Assembly (NCBI GenBank): GCA_950097015.1
Contig: CATNEN010000039.1
Span: 13,206,001-13,270,000, forward strand
DNA length: 64,000 nucleotides
Source of the DNA: Macrostomum hystrix
Taxonomy: Eukaryota > Animalia > Platyhelminthes
Reading direction: 5' to 3'
Shown: positions 24,635-37,006 of the stretch, one piece after another
Position numbering within the stretch: position 1 is the stretch's first letter
How the letters are laid out: every line of letters starts with the position of its first letter
Program-made: the position numbers and the translations under genes
The notes under the pieces: model-generated
Told to the model about the DNA's origin: nothing
The model's database searches: none
What the model saw: only the letters and a program-made list of their open reading frames with translations

Positions 24635-26714
24635 TCGACACTCCGAGTTTGTTTAATTTTATAGAATTTTGATTCATCGAATATCAATCTGAATATCCAT
24701 CGGGAAACCATTACATGTACGATTTTTTAATTTACAAATTGACTATTTCTTATTCTTGGTTTCGCAATATCATACTTTCAGTTCGAATTTTGAATTTAAA
24801 TAATGTTGAACACAATTAAAATTAGAATGGAATGTATTTTTAAAACTGACCAGTATCTACTGTTTATTTGAACTAATCACTAATTAGTAGCTACCTATAT
24901 AATATATAATTCCTATGTTAAGCTTCAAGTCAAGCTAAGAGCTTAGTTACAAATAGACAAATTGATACTAGGCCCAAACTTATTCTTGAAATAAAATTAA
25001 AAAACTCTTATTTAAAGTTCATATTTGTAATGTACACAATTTAATTTATGTTTTTGTCTTGTTTTATTATTGTTATTATGATAAGCCTGGAATCCAAAAC
25101 TAACCACCTGTGATTTGTTCATTATCATCTGAATTTAATTGTGGTTAGGCCTACATTTAATACTATTGTCTATACAAAGCTACTAGCTAGGTCTAAAATC
25201 AGGGTACCATTAGAAGATCATTAGAATCACTAGAAGTCTGTGACCCTGGGTAGCAGGCCCCATAGTCAACCATCAGTAAGGTGGCAGTTGGGTCAGAAAA
25301 TTCCTGTGCTCACTGCCATTTTTGTGGCCAGTGAGTGACATAACAGCACTTAATGGTGCACACTGGCTTACAACACTGGACACTGGCGTATAGCTTAGTG
25401 AAAGTTCACATAATGTCATGGAAATGTCAAACCTGCATACCTCCAACACAATTCCTCAAACCCTTGCATTGCATTTTACTTTACTGTCTATTACTCAATA
25501 TTAGTATACATGTAAGCTGAAAAAAAGCTTTGCACGAAATAAGTGACGTAAAAATAAGCCAATCATCTAATACTAATACACAGTTGTTTTTGCAGAAAAA
25601 ATTTGTTTTTGTTTTCCTGCTTTAATTTTTTAACTGTTGAATTATGTGGTATATATTTTGTATTAGTTTTATTATGTTAATGGATAAATGAAAAAATGTA
25701 ATCAGTTTTTTATATAGAAGAAAATATATAAAATTAGAGCTAAAATAAAAAATATGTGTCTATTGTTTTCATTTAATTAAGGAAAAAAGTTATTTCTGGC
25801 AGACACTATGCCACTTTCCTAACTATGGAGTGGGCCTAGGCGCCAGGTGGCACACTGGCACATCAGAATTGGATGGTTAATGCTTTGTCATCTAGATTTT
25901 ATCTTCATTGTTGTCATCTCAAACTTCTGGTCTTTCATTTTGGTCATTTTTCCTTTTATTTGTACTATGTTGATGTCTTAATAAGAAAACAGCTTATCTT
26001 GTGTATATTCTGTACAAATGTCAAACAAAGGCAAAGCAAATGCTTCTCCTAGAATTGTAAGACAAAGGACCTGAAAATATCATAAATGCACAAACATTGA
26101 ATTGTTCTGTTTAGACATTTTGATTTAAAGTTTTTTTATTTCAAAATGTGGAATAATTATTATCAATTTGGAGATTAATCCATGAGCTTGATTGATAGCA
26201 ATATGTACTGTTTTGGCACCAGCCTTGAAAAATCTGGAAAAGCTGAAAAAGTACCAGCCTTAATGTAATTTGGCACTTGCGGTCTAATATATTTTAAATG
26301 ATACCTTGAACATATCCTTGTCAATTTATCAACTGTTATTTTTTACTGCTAATAGACATTGTGTTAGTCACTAAATCAACTTGCAAGCTTATCTACATAT
26401 GACTCAATTGGTCACCTCATTAATAATGGCATTAAAGTAATTTCAAATTATTCATACCGTAACGAATTCCTTGTTGATTAACTATCTTAATGTGAGTTTT
26501 ATATTTATCATACTTGTGAAGTTTGTGGATTTTACTATCAGAATTTTCATTTTATTTTATTGAAAAATCTAGAAAATAGACTTTCTATATATCATGTTGA
26601 CAATTACTGAATTTTAACTTCTTTGACATTGTTAAACTTTATTTAAGAAGCTGAAAGTTTAAGCAGATTGGCAAGTTGTCTTTTTAATTTTCAGTCAAAA
26701 TAATAAAATTTACA

Positions 26715-26870
26715 GGAATTGCAGGATGGCTGCGAGCAGTGTTACATCATTCTCTAACACTAGACCTGCAGCAAGCAATGAGGCAATTCTGCCCATTTCG
26801 CTGACTCCTGAGCGCACACACACACATACTGTACACAGGCATACACTCACACTGGTGTGTATATCTGCCC
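26715..26870. repeat. Dispersed repeat fragment shared with the SINE interior at 47370-47510
   Basis: ACACTAGACC.GCAGC.AGC...GAGGCAATTCTGCCCATTTC.CTGACTCCTGAGC..ATACTGTACACAGG at both loci. Confidence 0.85.
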
Positions 26871-27538
26871 TTACTTTCTCATCGTCAGGCATTTTACACA
26901 TCTCTGTACCTTGGAGGTTGGTCCTTCAGGGCATAAATTGCATGACAAGCCGCCAAGCCTTCTTTCTCTTCCAAGTTGAAAGTAAGCATCCGCAACACTG
27001 GTAAATTTTCCCATTCCTCCAGATTAGCAAATTATCCCCACTCAGTTACTGTCACTTCTGTGCAAAATTCTGCACCGCGTACCTAGATTCTAACGTGTGT
27101 ATTCTGCACTCACTCGCGTCAATATGAATGTACTCAGCCAAATGTAGTGGAACTCTTGCATTCCCTATTTTAGTTGCCCATGACAACTGGAAGGAATATA
27201 TTCTACCCCCGCCTGAAATGCCCGCTGGCAGCGTGCATTAAGTCTGCCTCTCACTTAAATTTATTTCTCTTTTTTTTAACCATCATCTACTGGTCCAGCT
27301 ATCAAAGTTTGCGCGGTAGCCATTGTTCGCGACACAATAGAATAGAGAGAATAGTGGGGTTAGAGAGATGGGCATTCGTTAGAGAAAATGAGAATTATGC
27401 GTCACGCCACCTTACATTAGTGTACTCATTGGGCTGTCCGTGTGTGCGCTCATCATAGAATTTGTGGCACGACACAGCTTTGCTCATTGTTGTACTCAAG
27501 TGCTAGACATTTTCTCTGAGGTTGCTGCCCTCGCAGAC

Positions 27539-27552
27539 GTTGCCTTGGCAAC
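27539..27552. promoter_or_regulatory. Candidate RFX X-box GTTGCCTTGGCAAC upstream of ELOVL4-like gene
   Basis: 13/14 match to the palindromic X-box GTTGCCATGGCAAC, ~220 bp upstream of the ATG in a CpG-rich patch. Confidence 0.5.
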
Positions 27553-27774
27553 CGTTGTGTTGCCGCGCGCGCCCAACATGCTAAAACGCGTGTGCCACTC
27601 CACTCCACTCCACTCCCTGCTTAATGATTTTACTTATCATTCTTTATCTTCCAACTGAACCTTTTAAAATATACTATCTCATTTTCAGTTCTTACGGCTA
27701 TAAAATAGTTCATATCGACATTTAGATAGCTGCTAATTTAATTTTAAGAGAAAAAAATAAACACTAACAAAAAC

Positions 27775-30700
27775 ATGGACTTACTCGTGGACAAATTGAC
27801 ACACCTCGTAGAATTTTACGAATGGACCTTTACTAGAGCAGGTAAAACTAATCATTCTAGTAGTTTTTACATTTGAGTACAATTTTCTTGTGAATTTCAA
27901 AGAAAGCAATTGTAATTTTTAGATAAGCGCGTCGAAAACTGGTTCCTAATGGGTAGCTATTGGCCTACTTGGGCTCTAATGCTCACCTACCTGCTAGTTG
28001 TGCACTTTGGCCAGAAGGTCATGGCTAATAAGCCCGCTTACGGACTAAGATGGCCCCTGTTAATCTACAATGTGGCTCTGGTGGCCTTGAACTTTCATAT
28101 ATTCTCTGAGGTGAGCACTTATAAATGTGATCTGATGCAATACAGATTAGTGGCATCTCACCTGAGAATAGTAATAGAATCTCACATGAGAATAGTCATA
28201 GAATCTCACATGAGAATAGTCATAGAAATCTCACATGAGAATAGTAATAGAATCTCACATTATAATAGTAATAGAATCTCACATTATAATAGTAATAGAA
28301 TCTCACATGAGAATAGTAATAGAATCTCACATGAGAATAGTAATAGAAAGAGAATAGTAATAGAAATCTCACATGAGAATAGTAATAGAAATCTCATATG
28401 AGAATAGTAATATAAATCTCACATGAGAATAGTTATAGAAATCTCACATGAGAATAGTAATACAATCTCACATGAGAATAGTCATAGAATCTCACATGAG
28501 AATAGTAATAGAAATCTCACATGAGAATAGTCATAGAATCTCACATGAGAATAGTAATAGAATCTCACATGAGAATAGTAATAGAATCTCACATGCAGAG
28601 AATAGTAATAGAAATCTCACATGAGAATAGTAATAGAATCTCACATGCAGAGAATAGTAATAGAAATCTCACATGAGAATAGTAATAGAAATCTCACATG
28701 AGAATAGTCATAGAATCTCACCTGAGAATAGTAATAGAATCTCACATGAGAATAGTAATATAAATCTCACATGAGAATAGTAATAGAAATCTCACATGAG
28801 AATAGTAATAGAAATCTCACATGAGAATAGTAATAGAAATCTCACATGAGAATAGTCATAGAATCTCACATGAGAATAGTAATAGAAATCTCACATGAGA
28901 ATAGTCATAGAATCTCACATGAGAATAGTCATAGAATCTCACATGAGAATAGTAATAGAAATCTCACATGAGAATAGTAATAGAAATCTCACATGAGAAT
29001 AGTAATAGAAATCTCACATGAGAATAGTAATAGAATCTCACATTATAATAGTAATAGAATCTCACATGAGAATAGTAATAGAAATCTCACATGAGAATAG
29101 TAATAGAATCTCACATGAGAATAGTAATAGAAATCTCACATGCAGAGAATAGTAATAGAAATCTCACATGAGAATAGTAATAGAATCTCACATTATAATA
29201 GTAATAGAATCTCACATGAGAATAGTAATAGAATCTCACATTATAATAGTAATAGAATCTCACATGAGAATAGTAATAGAAATCTCACATGAGAATAGTC
29301 ATAGAAATCTCTCATGAGAATAGTAGTACAATCTCACATGAGAATAGTAATAGAATCTCACATGAGAATAGTAATAGAAATCTCACCTGAGAATAGTAAT
29401 AGAATCTCACATGAGAATAGTAATAGAATCTCACATGAGAATAGTAATACAATCTCACATGAGAATAGTCATAGAATCTCACATGAGAATAGTAATAGAA
29501 TCTCACACGAGAATAGTCATAGAATCTCACCTGAGAATAGTAATAGAATCTCACATGAGAATAGTAATAGAATCTCACATGAGAATAGTAATAGAATCTC
29601 ACATGAGAATAGTCATAGAATCTCACCTGAGAATAGTAATAGAATCTCACATGAGAATAGTAATAGAATCTCACATGAGAATAGTAATAGAAATCTCACA
29701 TGAGAATAGTAATACAATCTCACATGAGAATAGTAATAGAATCTCACATGAGAATAGTAATAGAAATCTCAAACGAGATTAGTAATAAAAATTATACATT
29801 TGAATAATAATATACTATTATATGAGACTGGAATATAATCTCATGAGACTCTTATAATGAGAATACCATATAATATCTTCTCATATCTCAAACCTGTTCC
29901 GTTCTCAATGGCTGGCAGCTGCTATACTGCTCGTGGCGTCGAAACTACAGCTACCTGTGCCAGCCAGTCGATTATTCGGACAATCCTTACGAGTTGCGCA
30001 TTGCCAAAGCACTCTGGTGGTACTATTTCTCCAAGTGCATCGAGTTTATGGACACAATCTTCTTTGTATTGCGCAAGAAGAACAATCAGATTAGCTTCCT
30101 GCACGTCTACCATCACGCCACAATGTTCCCCATCTGGTGGATCGGCGTAAAATGGGTGCCCGGCGGTCAGGCCTTCTTTGGGGCCATGATTAATTCATTT
30201 ATTCACGTCATCATGTACAGCTACTATGGCCTGAGCTCTCTTGGCGAGGGTGTACAAAAGTACCTGTGGTGGAAGCGCTATCTAACCCGACTGCAGCTGG
30301 TAAGTTTGGTTATTGATTTCTTTAGTTTGTTTGGGCCTAAGAGAGAACCTTTAAGACGACAGCGGCCGCATTGACTGTGGAAATATAGATAGAAGAGAGA
30401 TGAGACACGGGAGTGATGAGACAGGGGAGAGATAAGACACGGGAGAGATGAGACAGGGGAGAGATGAGACACGGGAGTGATGAGACAGGGGAGGGATAAG
30501 ACACGGGAGAGATGAGACAGGGGAGAGATAAGACACGGAAGTGATGAGACAGGGGAGAGATGAGACAGGGGAGAGATAAGACACGGAAGTGATGAGACAG
30601 GGGAGAGATAAGACACGGGAGAGATGAGACAGGGGAGAGATAAGACACGGAAGTGATGAGACAGGGGAGAGATGAGACAGGGGAGAGATAAGACACGGAA

Positions 30701-31961
30701 GTGATGAGACAGGGGAGGGATAAGACACGGGAGAGATGAGACAGGGGAGAGATAAGACACGGAAGTGATGAGACAGGGGAGAGATAAGACACGGGAGAGA
30801 TAAGACACGGGAGAGATGAGACAGGGGAGAGATAAGACACGGAAGTGATGAGACAAGAGAGTGATTCAAAAAGAGACACAGGAGAGATGACAGGGCAGAG
30901 ATCAGACATGGGAGAGATGAGACTGAGGAGAGATGAGACAGGATACTGTAGGTGTAACTGGCCGGAGCATTGTGGGCCGCAACTGGCCCGCGTGCCGGAG
31001 TTTCTAGACCCTTGTTTCTATAGGATTGTATGGTCGGAAGTTCGAATCTATCTGCAATTTGTTTAAACTTTCAGATCCAGTTTATTACCGGAATCTCTCA
31101 CGCAATCTACGGCATCGTGACGCAATGCTCCTTCCCGTCCTGGATGATGTGGGCCCTGGTCGGCTACGGCACCTCCATTCTGACCCTGTTCCTCAACTTC
31201 TATTATCACGCCTACCGCAAACCTGCTGCCAGGCGTGCACAGCATGAGGTGAGACTTCGGCTGTTGTAACTAAAATAAACTGAGTTATTGGACTCCTGAA
31301 TTTTCACTGCCTCATCTCTCAATCTAGCTTGTTTCTCACCTGCCATAACTCCCCCCAGTCTCATCTCTCCCCCGTCTCATCTCTCCCCTGTCTCATTTCT
31401 CCTTTGTCTCATCTCTCCCCAGTCTCATCACTCCCGTGTCTCATCTCTCCCCTGTCTCATTTCTCCTTTGTCTCATCTCTCCCCAGTCTCATCACTCCCG
31501 TGTCTCATCTCTCCCCTGTCTTATCTCTCCTCAGTCTCATCACTCCCGTGTCTCATCTCTCCTCAGTCTCATCACTCCCGTGTCTCATCTCTCCCCTGTC
31601 TAGTCCCGTCTCTCCCCTGTCTACTCCCGTCTCTCTCCTGTCTACTCCCATCTCTCCCCTGTCCAGTCCCGTCTATCTCCTGTCTAGTCTCGTCTCTCCC
31701 CTGTCTAGTCTCGTCTCTCCCCTGTCTTGTCCCGTCTCTCCTCTGTCTAGTCCCGTCTCTCTCCTGTCTAATCTCTTACGCTGTCAATTACTCTTTTTAG
31801 CCCACAATGCATATAACTCTGCTGACGTCTTATTTACACAAACTCTAATCATCGTAGTCTTTGTACAATTATTTCAGGCGAAAGAGAAAATCGGATCCGC
31901 AATCTCCAACGGTCACCTCGCCGCTGCCAACGGGCATGCTGAAGGTAAGAAGGTCAAATAA
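27775..31961 (+). CDS. ELOVL4: Very-long-chain fatty acid elongase, ELOVL4-like, 297 aa; exons 27775-27841, 27923-28110, 29919-30299, 31075-31248, 31878-31961
   Basis: All junctions GT-AG and in frame; [57 protein letters not shown] motifs; C-terminal KKVK ER-retrieval signal. Confidence 0.92.
28155..29772. repeat. 24/25-bp minisatellite (GAGAATAGTAATAGAATCTCACAT)n in ELOVL intron 2
   Basis: Directly visible. Confidence 0.96.
30325..31014. mobile_element. Second, diverged copy of the minisatellite-carrying hAT MITE, inverted, in ELOVL intron 3
   Basis: Right end GGCCCGCGTGCCGGAGTTTCTAGACCCTTG and left subterminal AAGACGACAGCGGCCGCATTGA match the reverse complement of 665-1067; left TIR lost; possible degenerate TSD TTTCTTTA/TTTCTATA. 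Confidence 0.8.
31310..31775. repeat. CTCATCTCTCCCCTGT minisatellite in ELOVL intron 4, inverted relative to the intron 3 array
   Basis: Directly visible. Confidence 0.9.
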
Positions 31962-33304
31962 GGATCTGACAGTTTTTTATACCTAAATATTGTTTTTGTA
32001 AGTTTTAGTTGGAGGTCGTCTTGCCCGACTTTTTTAGATGCCCGTTGTTGAATCTTAATCTTGTTAAATGCCTTTATTCATCAACATTTTATAGTACTGG
32101 CGTTACTACAGTTCTTAGTTAAAAAGGCAACTAAATAGTTATTTTTTTATAACTGTAGAAGCATGTAATGAGCGAGATAAATATCTCTGGATCTGTCGTG
32201 TTTATTTTGACTTATTTAATTTAAAATCATATTTCCTAGTTTGAATATGTTCAAAGAAATTGATTTATAACTTTGCCGTTGTTTAGTCGTTATAGTTTTC
32301 CAGGGTTTTTTTGCAAAAAATTTTCCGGGTTTTTGTCGTAAAAAAGTTTCCGGGTTTGATGACATTTCCGGATTCCTGTTTTTTCTGTCGTCATAGTCTT
32401 AAATTAAAATAATTGTTTTATGTCTTCAGTAGTAAATTTAAATGCGAAGATTCGGGATTTCCGTTTCTGTATACGGGATCTACAAAAGTATCTATATAAC
32501 ATTTACTTCATTGTAGAGATTTTATTCCATGTTCAAAGCATATTATGCAATGTGTCAGCTTAAACTGTAGCCTTTTTTCTCACCTGTTCTGCGAACAAAC
32601 GAGCTAATTTTATTTCCATTGTTTTATTGAAACGAACACAAAATTAGTTGATGTAATTCATTATGTTGCCTTTGCATTGTTTTAATATGATTTCTTTAGC
32701 TGCCTGCCTGTGCCTATATTCTGTTTTAATATTGCTTACTCATCTTCTGCAACCAGTGCTTGACGTACTCATCTGCTGTTTTTGCTGCGCTGTTGCAGCC
32801 TTTGCTTTTTTAAGCTCTAAGCAGCCGGTTTGTATGGTCAATGAAACAAATATAATAGATGAGTTTGCTTCTTTTTTTAAAACAAAACTTTAATACGGCC
32901 TTAAATGCTTGCTTTTCTACTTGTTCGCGTATGTATGTTTGCTTGTTTGTTAGATTTCTTAATTTCAATTTCTTTCCTGATTTTACATGCTGATTTCGAA
33001 ATAAAAAAAACTTGAATTTTTGTTATCAATGAAGTTTTTTATCTTAGTGAACGAAAACATTTGTTTGTTACTAGTTTCAAGCTGATTCAAAAATACAATG
33101 GTATAGTAATAGACATTGATAGCTTGCATTCAACACCTCTTATTTGCAGCTGTGTTACACATTTACAAGAAGCCAGTTTTCCGCTTACATCTTGACTTAC
33201 TTGACTTATCTGCAGGGCGGTCCGACGGACGCAGCGGGGAGGCGGGAGTCGCCCATTCCGCTAATCCCTGAAAGACCCGCAATCGGCCGATGGCGCGGGG
33301 CCAG

Positions 33305-36300
33305 TCAGGGAGGTCCGTGTTCGGTCCTTCCTGCAGCTTGTTCCTCGCTGGGGAAGAAAGAGGCTCGTCTGGTAGCCCTTAGGAACCGGACGAGCCGCGG
33401 GATGTTCTCGGATCTGCAAACCTCGTCCATTGATGGGTTTGGTCCGAGGTGATTGAGCCTCTCTCTGGTGAAGAAAGGGCAGTGGCAGACGAAGTGCAGG
33501 GCATCCTCGTCCTCAAGGTTGCAGAAAGGGCACAGCTCACTCCGGAGGTCTCCACGGAGGAAACAGTGTCTGGCGTAGCAGCCATGGCCCGTGAGGGTCA
33601 TGGTGAGGGCCCGGATGTCCTTCCGGGTCTGGTTCAGAAGGACCTTCCGGAGCCGAGCGGATGGCACTGGAACTGCCGCTTTGGATTGGCGGCAGTTAGT
33701 GGTGCTTCTCCACCGGGTAAGATGGAGGTTGGCGGTCCAATCATTAATCTGACGATAAATGACGGTGCTCGGAATCGGAGCCGGGGGGGAGGGGCCCGGC
33801 GCAGAGCTGGCTCCTCCCTGCTTGGCCAGGTGGTCAGCAAGCTCGTTACCAGGGAAACCGGCGTGCCCTGGTATCCACTGAAGTCTGACGGTATTCTTAC
33901 CGGCCAGGTTATTGAGCTGCCGGACGCAGTCGGAGACTGTCCGGGAGGTTGTGGTGGTGTGACAGAGGGCTTGCAGAGCAGCCTGACTGTCCGAGTGAAA
34001 GATGATAGTCCTGCCTGAGATGTTTTTCTCATTCAACTCCGCAGCGCAGGAGCTGATGGCCAGGACCTCGTTCTGGAAAATGCTCGAGGATTTTCCAGTG
34101 TGTTGGGCGTGTGTGGCGACAACACGTCCGTTGATAAGGATACAGACCCCGAAGCCAGCGGAGCCATCCTTCATGGATCCGTCCGTGTAGCAGTGGACCT
34201 CCTGGGTGTTCCAGTGGTCGCTAACTTGGTCCCTGGTGGGGATGAGAACCTTAAAGCGCTGAAGGAGGTTGAGCGAGCACGGTTCACCGTCCGTAAGGAC
34301 ATTGATTCCGTTGCTCGCACCCAAGTCTCTCAGGCAAAGGTCCGTGTGCGGCAGGAGCTTTCGCTTCGCTGCCGCTCGTTGGGGGACGAAGCGCACACCG
34401 GCATCAAGGAGACGCCGGGCGGTTTTTGCCGCCTCCCCGCGGATAAAGATATCGAGCGGGAGGATGTTCAAGAAGGCGTTGAGGCCATCGAAGGGGGCGG
34501 ATGGCGGGGCGCTCATGATCGTCCGACATGCGCGACCTTGCACTCTCCGAAGAGTCTCATGGCAGGTCTTAAGCTGAAGGGCACTAGCCCAGATCAGTCC
34601 GGCGTACGAGACAGCCGGCCTGACCATAGCAGTGTAGATCCACCATAGGCGTTTGGGGGTGAGACCCCACGTGTTGCCCACCGCCCTGCGCAGCTGCGCC
34701 AGGATCGCAAAGGCCTTTTTGGCTTTGGCATGGACATGGGGAGTCCAGCTGAGCCTGTGATCGAGCGTTATGCCCAGGCATTTAGTTTGCTTCTGGAAGG
34801 TGATGTCCTTTCCATACAGCTGCAGGGGGCGAATATGCCATTTGTTTTTGCTGGTGAACATGATCGCCGCTGTCTTAGACTCGGAGAGCTTCAGACCGCA
34901 GCGAGTTGCCCATCTTTCGGCGTTGTTGATAAAGTTTTGCAGAAGGTCTCGGAGGGCCTCTGGTACCGGGCCAGATGCCACTGCCGTAACATCATCCGCA
35001 TAGCCGACCTTTAGGATGGGGTCTGGCTGAGAGTCTCGTAAGAGCTCGTCGATAACCATGTTCCAGAGAACTGGTGAGAGGACGCCGCCTTGTGGGCAAC
35101 CTTTGCAGACAGTGACCGTCCGCTGGTGTCCAAGAAGGTGTGCCGTAGCAGTGCGGTGGCGGACCATGTACATGATCCACCTCCTAAGATGCGAATGCGT
35201 GTGCCGCATACGTAGGGCCCTGTCAAACGCCTCGAAGAGAACGTTGTCGAAGGCCCCGTCAATATCCAGGAAGATGCTCAGGGCAAAGCCGTTCCCGAGG
35301 ACGGCCTTTTCCAGAGCGTCCACCAGAGCGTGGAGAGCGCTTTCGGTGGAACGTCCCGACCGAAAGGCGTGTTGATTGCCGCTTAGTGGCATATTTTTCA
35401 GCTCCACAGAGAGGAGGCGCCAGAGCACCAATCTCTCCATCAGTTTGACCATGGTGGAGGTAAGGCTAATTGGCCGAAACGATTTAATGGAATGGTAGTC
35501 CGGGCGGCCTGGCTTGGGGATAAAAACCACCCTCGCCTCGGTCCATGCCTTCGGAACATACCCAAGCACAATGCAAGCCTTAAGGAGCTTGCAAAGATTT
35601 GTGAGGAAGCCATGGCATTTTACCGCCTCGCGGATGAAGGCTGGTATAATGCCGTCCGGCCCCGGGGATTTGAAGGGTTTGAAAGACTGGGCTGCCTTGG
35701 TAACCCGGTCTTCAGTAATGATGGACGTCGCAAGGATATGACCTCCCTCGGTGTGATCCGGGGGGTCTGTCCCTGCTGGCACGCTGGGGAAAAAGGCTGT
35801 GAGCATAGTGTCGAGCGTTTCCCCAGGGTTCTCGGTGGGTCGGCCATCGGCCTTCCTCACCGTCGAAAGCTTGGACATTTTGTCCAGCGTGAGGGCTTTG
35901 ACAATTCTGGAGGTGGGGCGAGTGCCCTCAAGCTCCTCACAGTATTGCCGCCACTTGCTGTTTTTGGCGTTTCTGACTTCCTTCTTGAAGCTATGGATGG
36001 CTTCGAGATACGCAGCCTGATCAGCCGGGTTTTTTGTCTTCGTGGCCCTGCGGTGCAGCCGCTTCGCCGTTCGACGGAGCTCGCCGAGCTGCGGATTCCA
36101 CCATGGGGCCGAAGTTTTGCCTCTGTAAGCTTTGAGGGGGCAGGAGGCCTCGAAGGCGGTGGTCAGCGAGTTGGTGAGAAACTCAGCTAGCTCATCCGCT
36201 TCATCGCAGGTGTTGGCGGGGGGGCTTAGGTTTCGTTGGGTTCCTTCGAGGTTATGCCTGAAGGCTTCCCAATCGGTATTCCTAGCGTTCCTTTTCCAAG

Positions 36301-37006
36301 TGATCTGGTTAGTGCAGCGTGCACCCGCCAGTTGGAAAGAGATGTATTTGTGATCGGAGAGGGAGGTCTCCGGCAGAACCTGCCACTCCCTAAGGCTCTG
36401 GTAAAGCCCAGGTGTGGCTGGAGTGGCGTCAATGACCTCAGACCATCGGCCATTGTCAAAGGTCGGGGTGCTCCCTGTGTTGCAGAACTCCAGGGACGTG
36501 GTTAAGATGTAGGCAAGGAGGTCCTCGCCTCTCGAGTTAATGTCAGAGCTCCCCCAGTGGGTGTGGTGGGCGTTAATATCGCCAGCCACTATGAGCTCAT
36601 AGTTTTTGGCAGCGCAGGTTTCAGTCAGAGAGATCAGCTCCTCAGGGACTGCCGGCCTGTCGCCCGGTAAGTAAACCGAGGCGATTAAGACGGTTTTTCC
36701 TGGGAGGATGTTCTCCGTCTGGATGACACAGGTGTCCCGATCAGAAAGGTCGGGTCTGTGCCAGGCGTTGAGGGAGTCTCTCACGAGGATGCACGCCCTG
36801 GGAGTTTGGTTCTCCCAGTGACGGCTGTTGTAGAGGCAGTGATACCCATTGGGTACATTTTGAGGCTTACCTTTATGAGTCCACGGCTCCTGGACGAGGA
36901 TGAGACCCGGCATGTTGAGCTCGACATAGCGCATCAGATTGACGGATGCAGCTATGCAGTGTTGCAGGTTAACCTGCAGGCAGGTGATCCCAGTGTGGCC
37001 GATCAT
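33305..37006 (-). CDS. LINE ORF2: APE endonuclease - reverse transcriptase - RNase H - CCHC, 1233 aa, intact
   Basis: QVNLQH, LVQEP, GDINAHH, SDH (APE); FLDIDGAFD, GCPQGGVLSP, YADD (RT); YTDGS, SDSQAAL, WIPGH, GNELAD (RNase H); CPFC..EDALHFVCHC. Confidence 0.96.
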   Translation of the reverse strand: MIGHTGITCLQVNLQHCIAASVNLMRYVELNMPGLILVQEPWTHKGKPQNVPNGYHCLYNSRHWENQTPRACILVRDSLNAWHRPDLSDRDTCVIQTENILPGKTVLIASVYLPGDRPAVPEELISLTETCAAKNYELIVAGDINAHHTHWGSSDINSRGEDLLAYILTTSLEFCNTGSTPTFDNGRWSEVIDATPATPGLYQSLREWQVLPETSLSDHKYISFQLAGARCTNQITWKRNARNTDWEAFRHNLEGTQRNLSPPANTCDEADELAEFLTNSLTTAFEASCPLKAYRGKTSAPWWNPQLGELRRTAKRLHRRATKTKNPADQAAYLEAIHSFKKEVRNAKNSKWRQYCEELEGTRPTSRIVKALTLDKMSKLSTVRKADGRPTENPGETLDTMLTAFFPSVPAGTDPPDHTEGGHILATSIITEDRVTKAAQSFKPFKSPGPDGIIPAFIREAVKCHGFLTNLCKLLKACIVLGYVPKAWTEARVVFIPKPGRPDYHSIKSFRPISLTSTMVKLMERLVLWRLLSVELKNMPLSGNQHAFRSGRSTESALHALVDALEKAVLGNGFALSIFLDIDGAFDNVLFEAFDRALRMRHTHSHLRRWIMYMVRHRTATAHLLGHQRTVTVCKGCPQGGVLSPVLWNMVIDELLRDSQPDPILKVGYADDVTAVASGPVPEALRDLLQNFINNAERWATRCGLKLSESKTAAIMFTSKNKWHIRPLQLYGKDITFQKQTKCLGITLDHRLSWTPHVHAKAKKAFAILAQLRRAVGNTWGLTPKRLWWIYTAMVRPAVSYAGLIWASALQLKTCHETLRRVQGRACRTIMSAPPSAPFDGLNAFLNILPLDIFIRGEAAKTARRLLDAGVRFVPQRAAAKRKLLPHTDLCLRDLGASNGINVLTDGEPCSLNLLQRFKVLIPTRDQVSDHWNTQEVHCYTDGSMKDGSAGFGVCILINGRVVATHAQHTGKSSSIFQNEVLAISSCAAELNEKNISGRTIIFHSDSQAALQALCHTTTTSRTVSDCVRQLNNLAGKNTVRLQWIPGHAGFPGNELADHLAKQGGASSAPGPSPPAPIPSTVIYRQINDWTANLHLTRWRSTTNCRQSKAAVPVPSARLRKVLLNQTRKDIRALTMTLTGHGCYARHCFLRGDLRSELCPFCNLEDEDALHFVCHCPFFTRERLNHLGPNPSMDEVCRSENIPRLVRFLRATRRASFFPSEEQAAGRTEHGPP

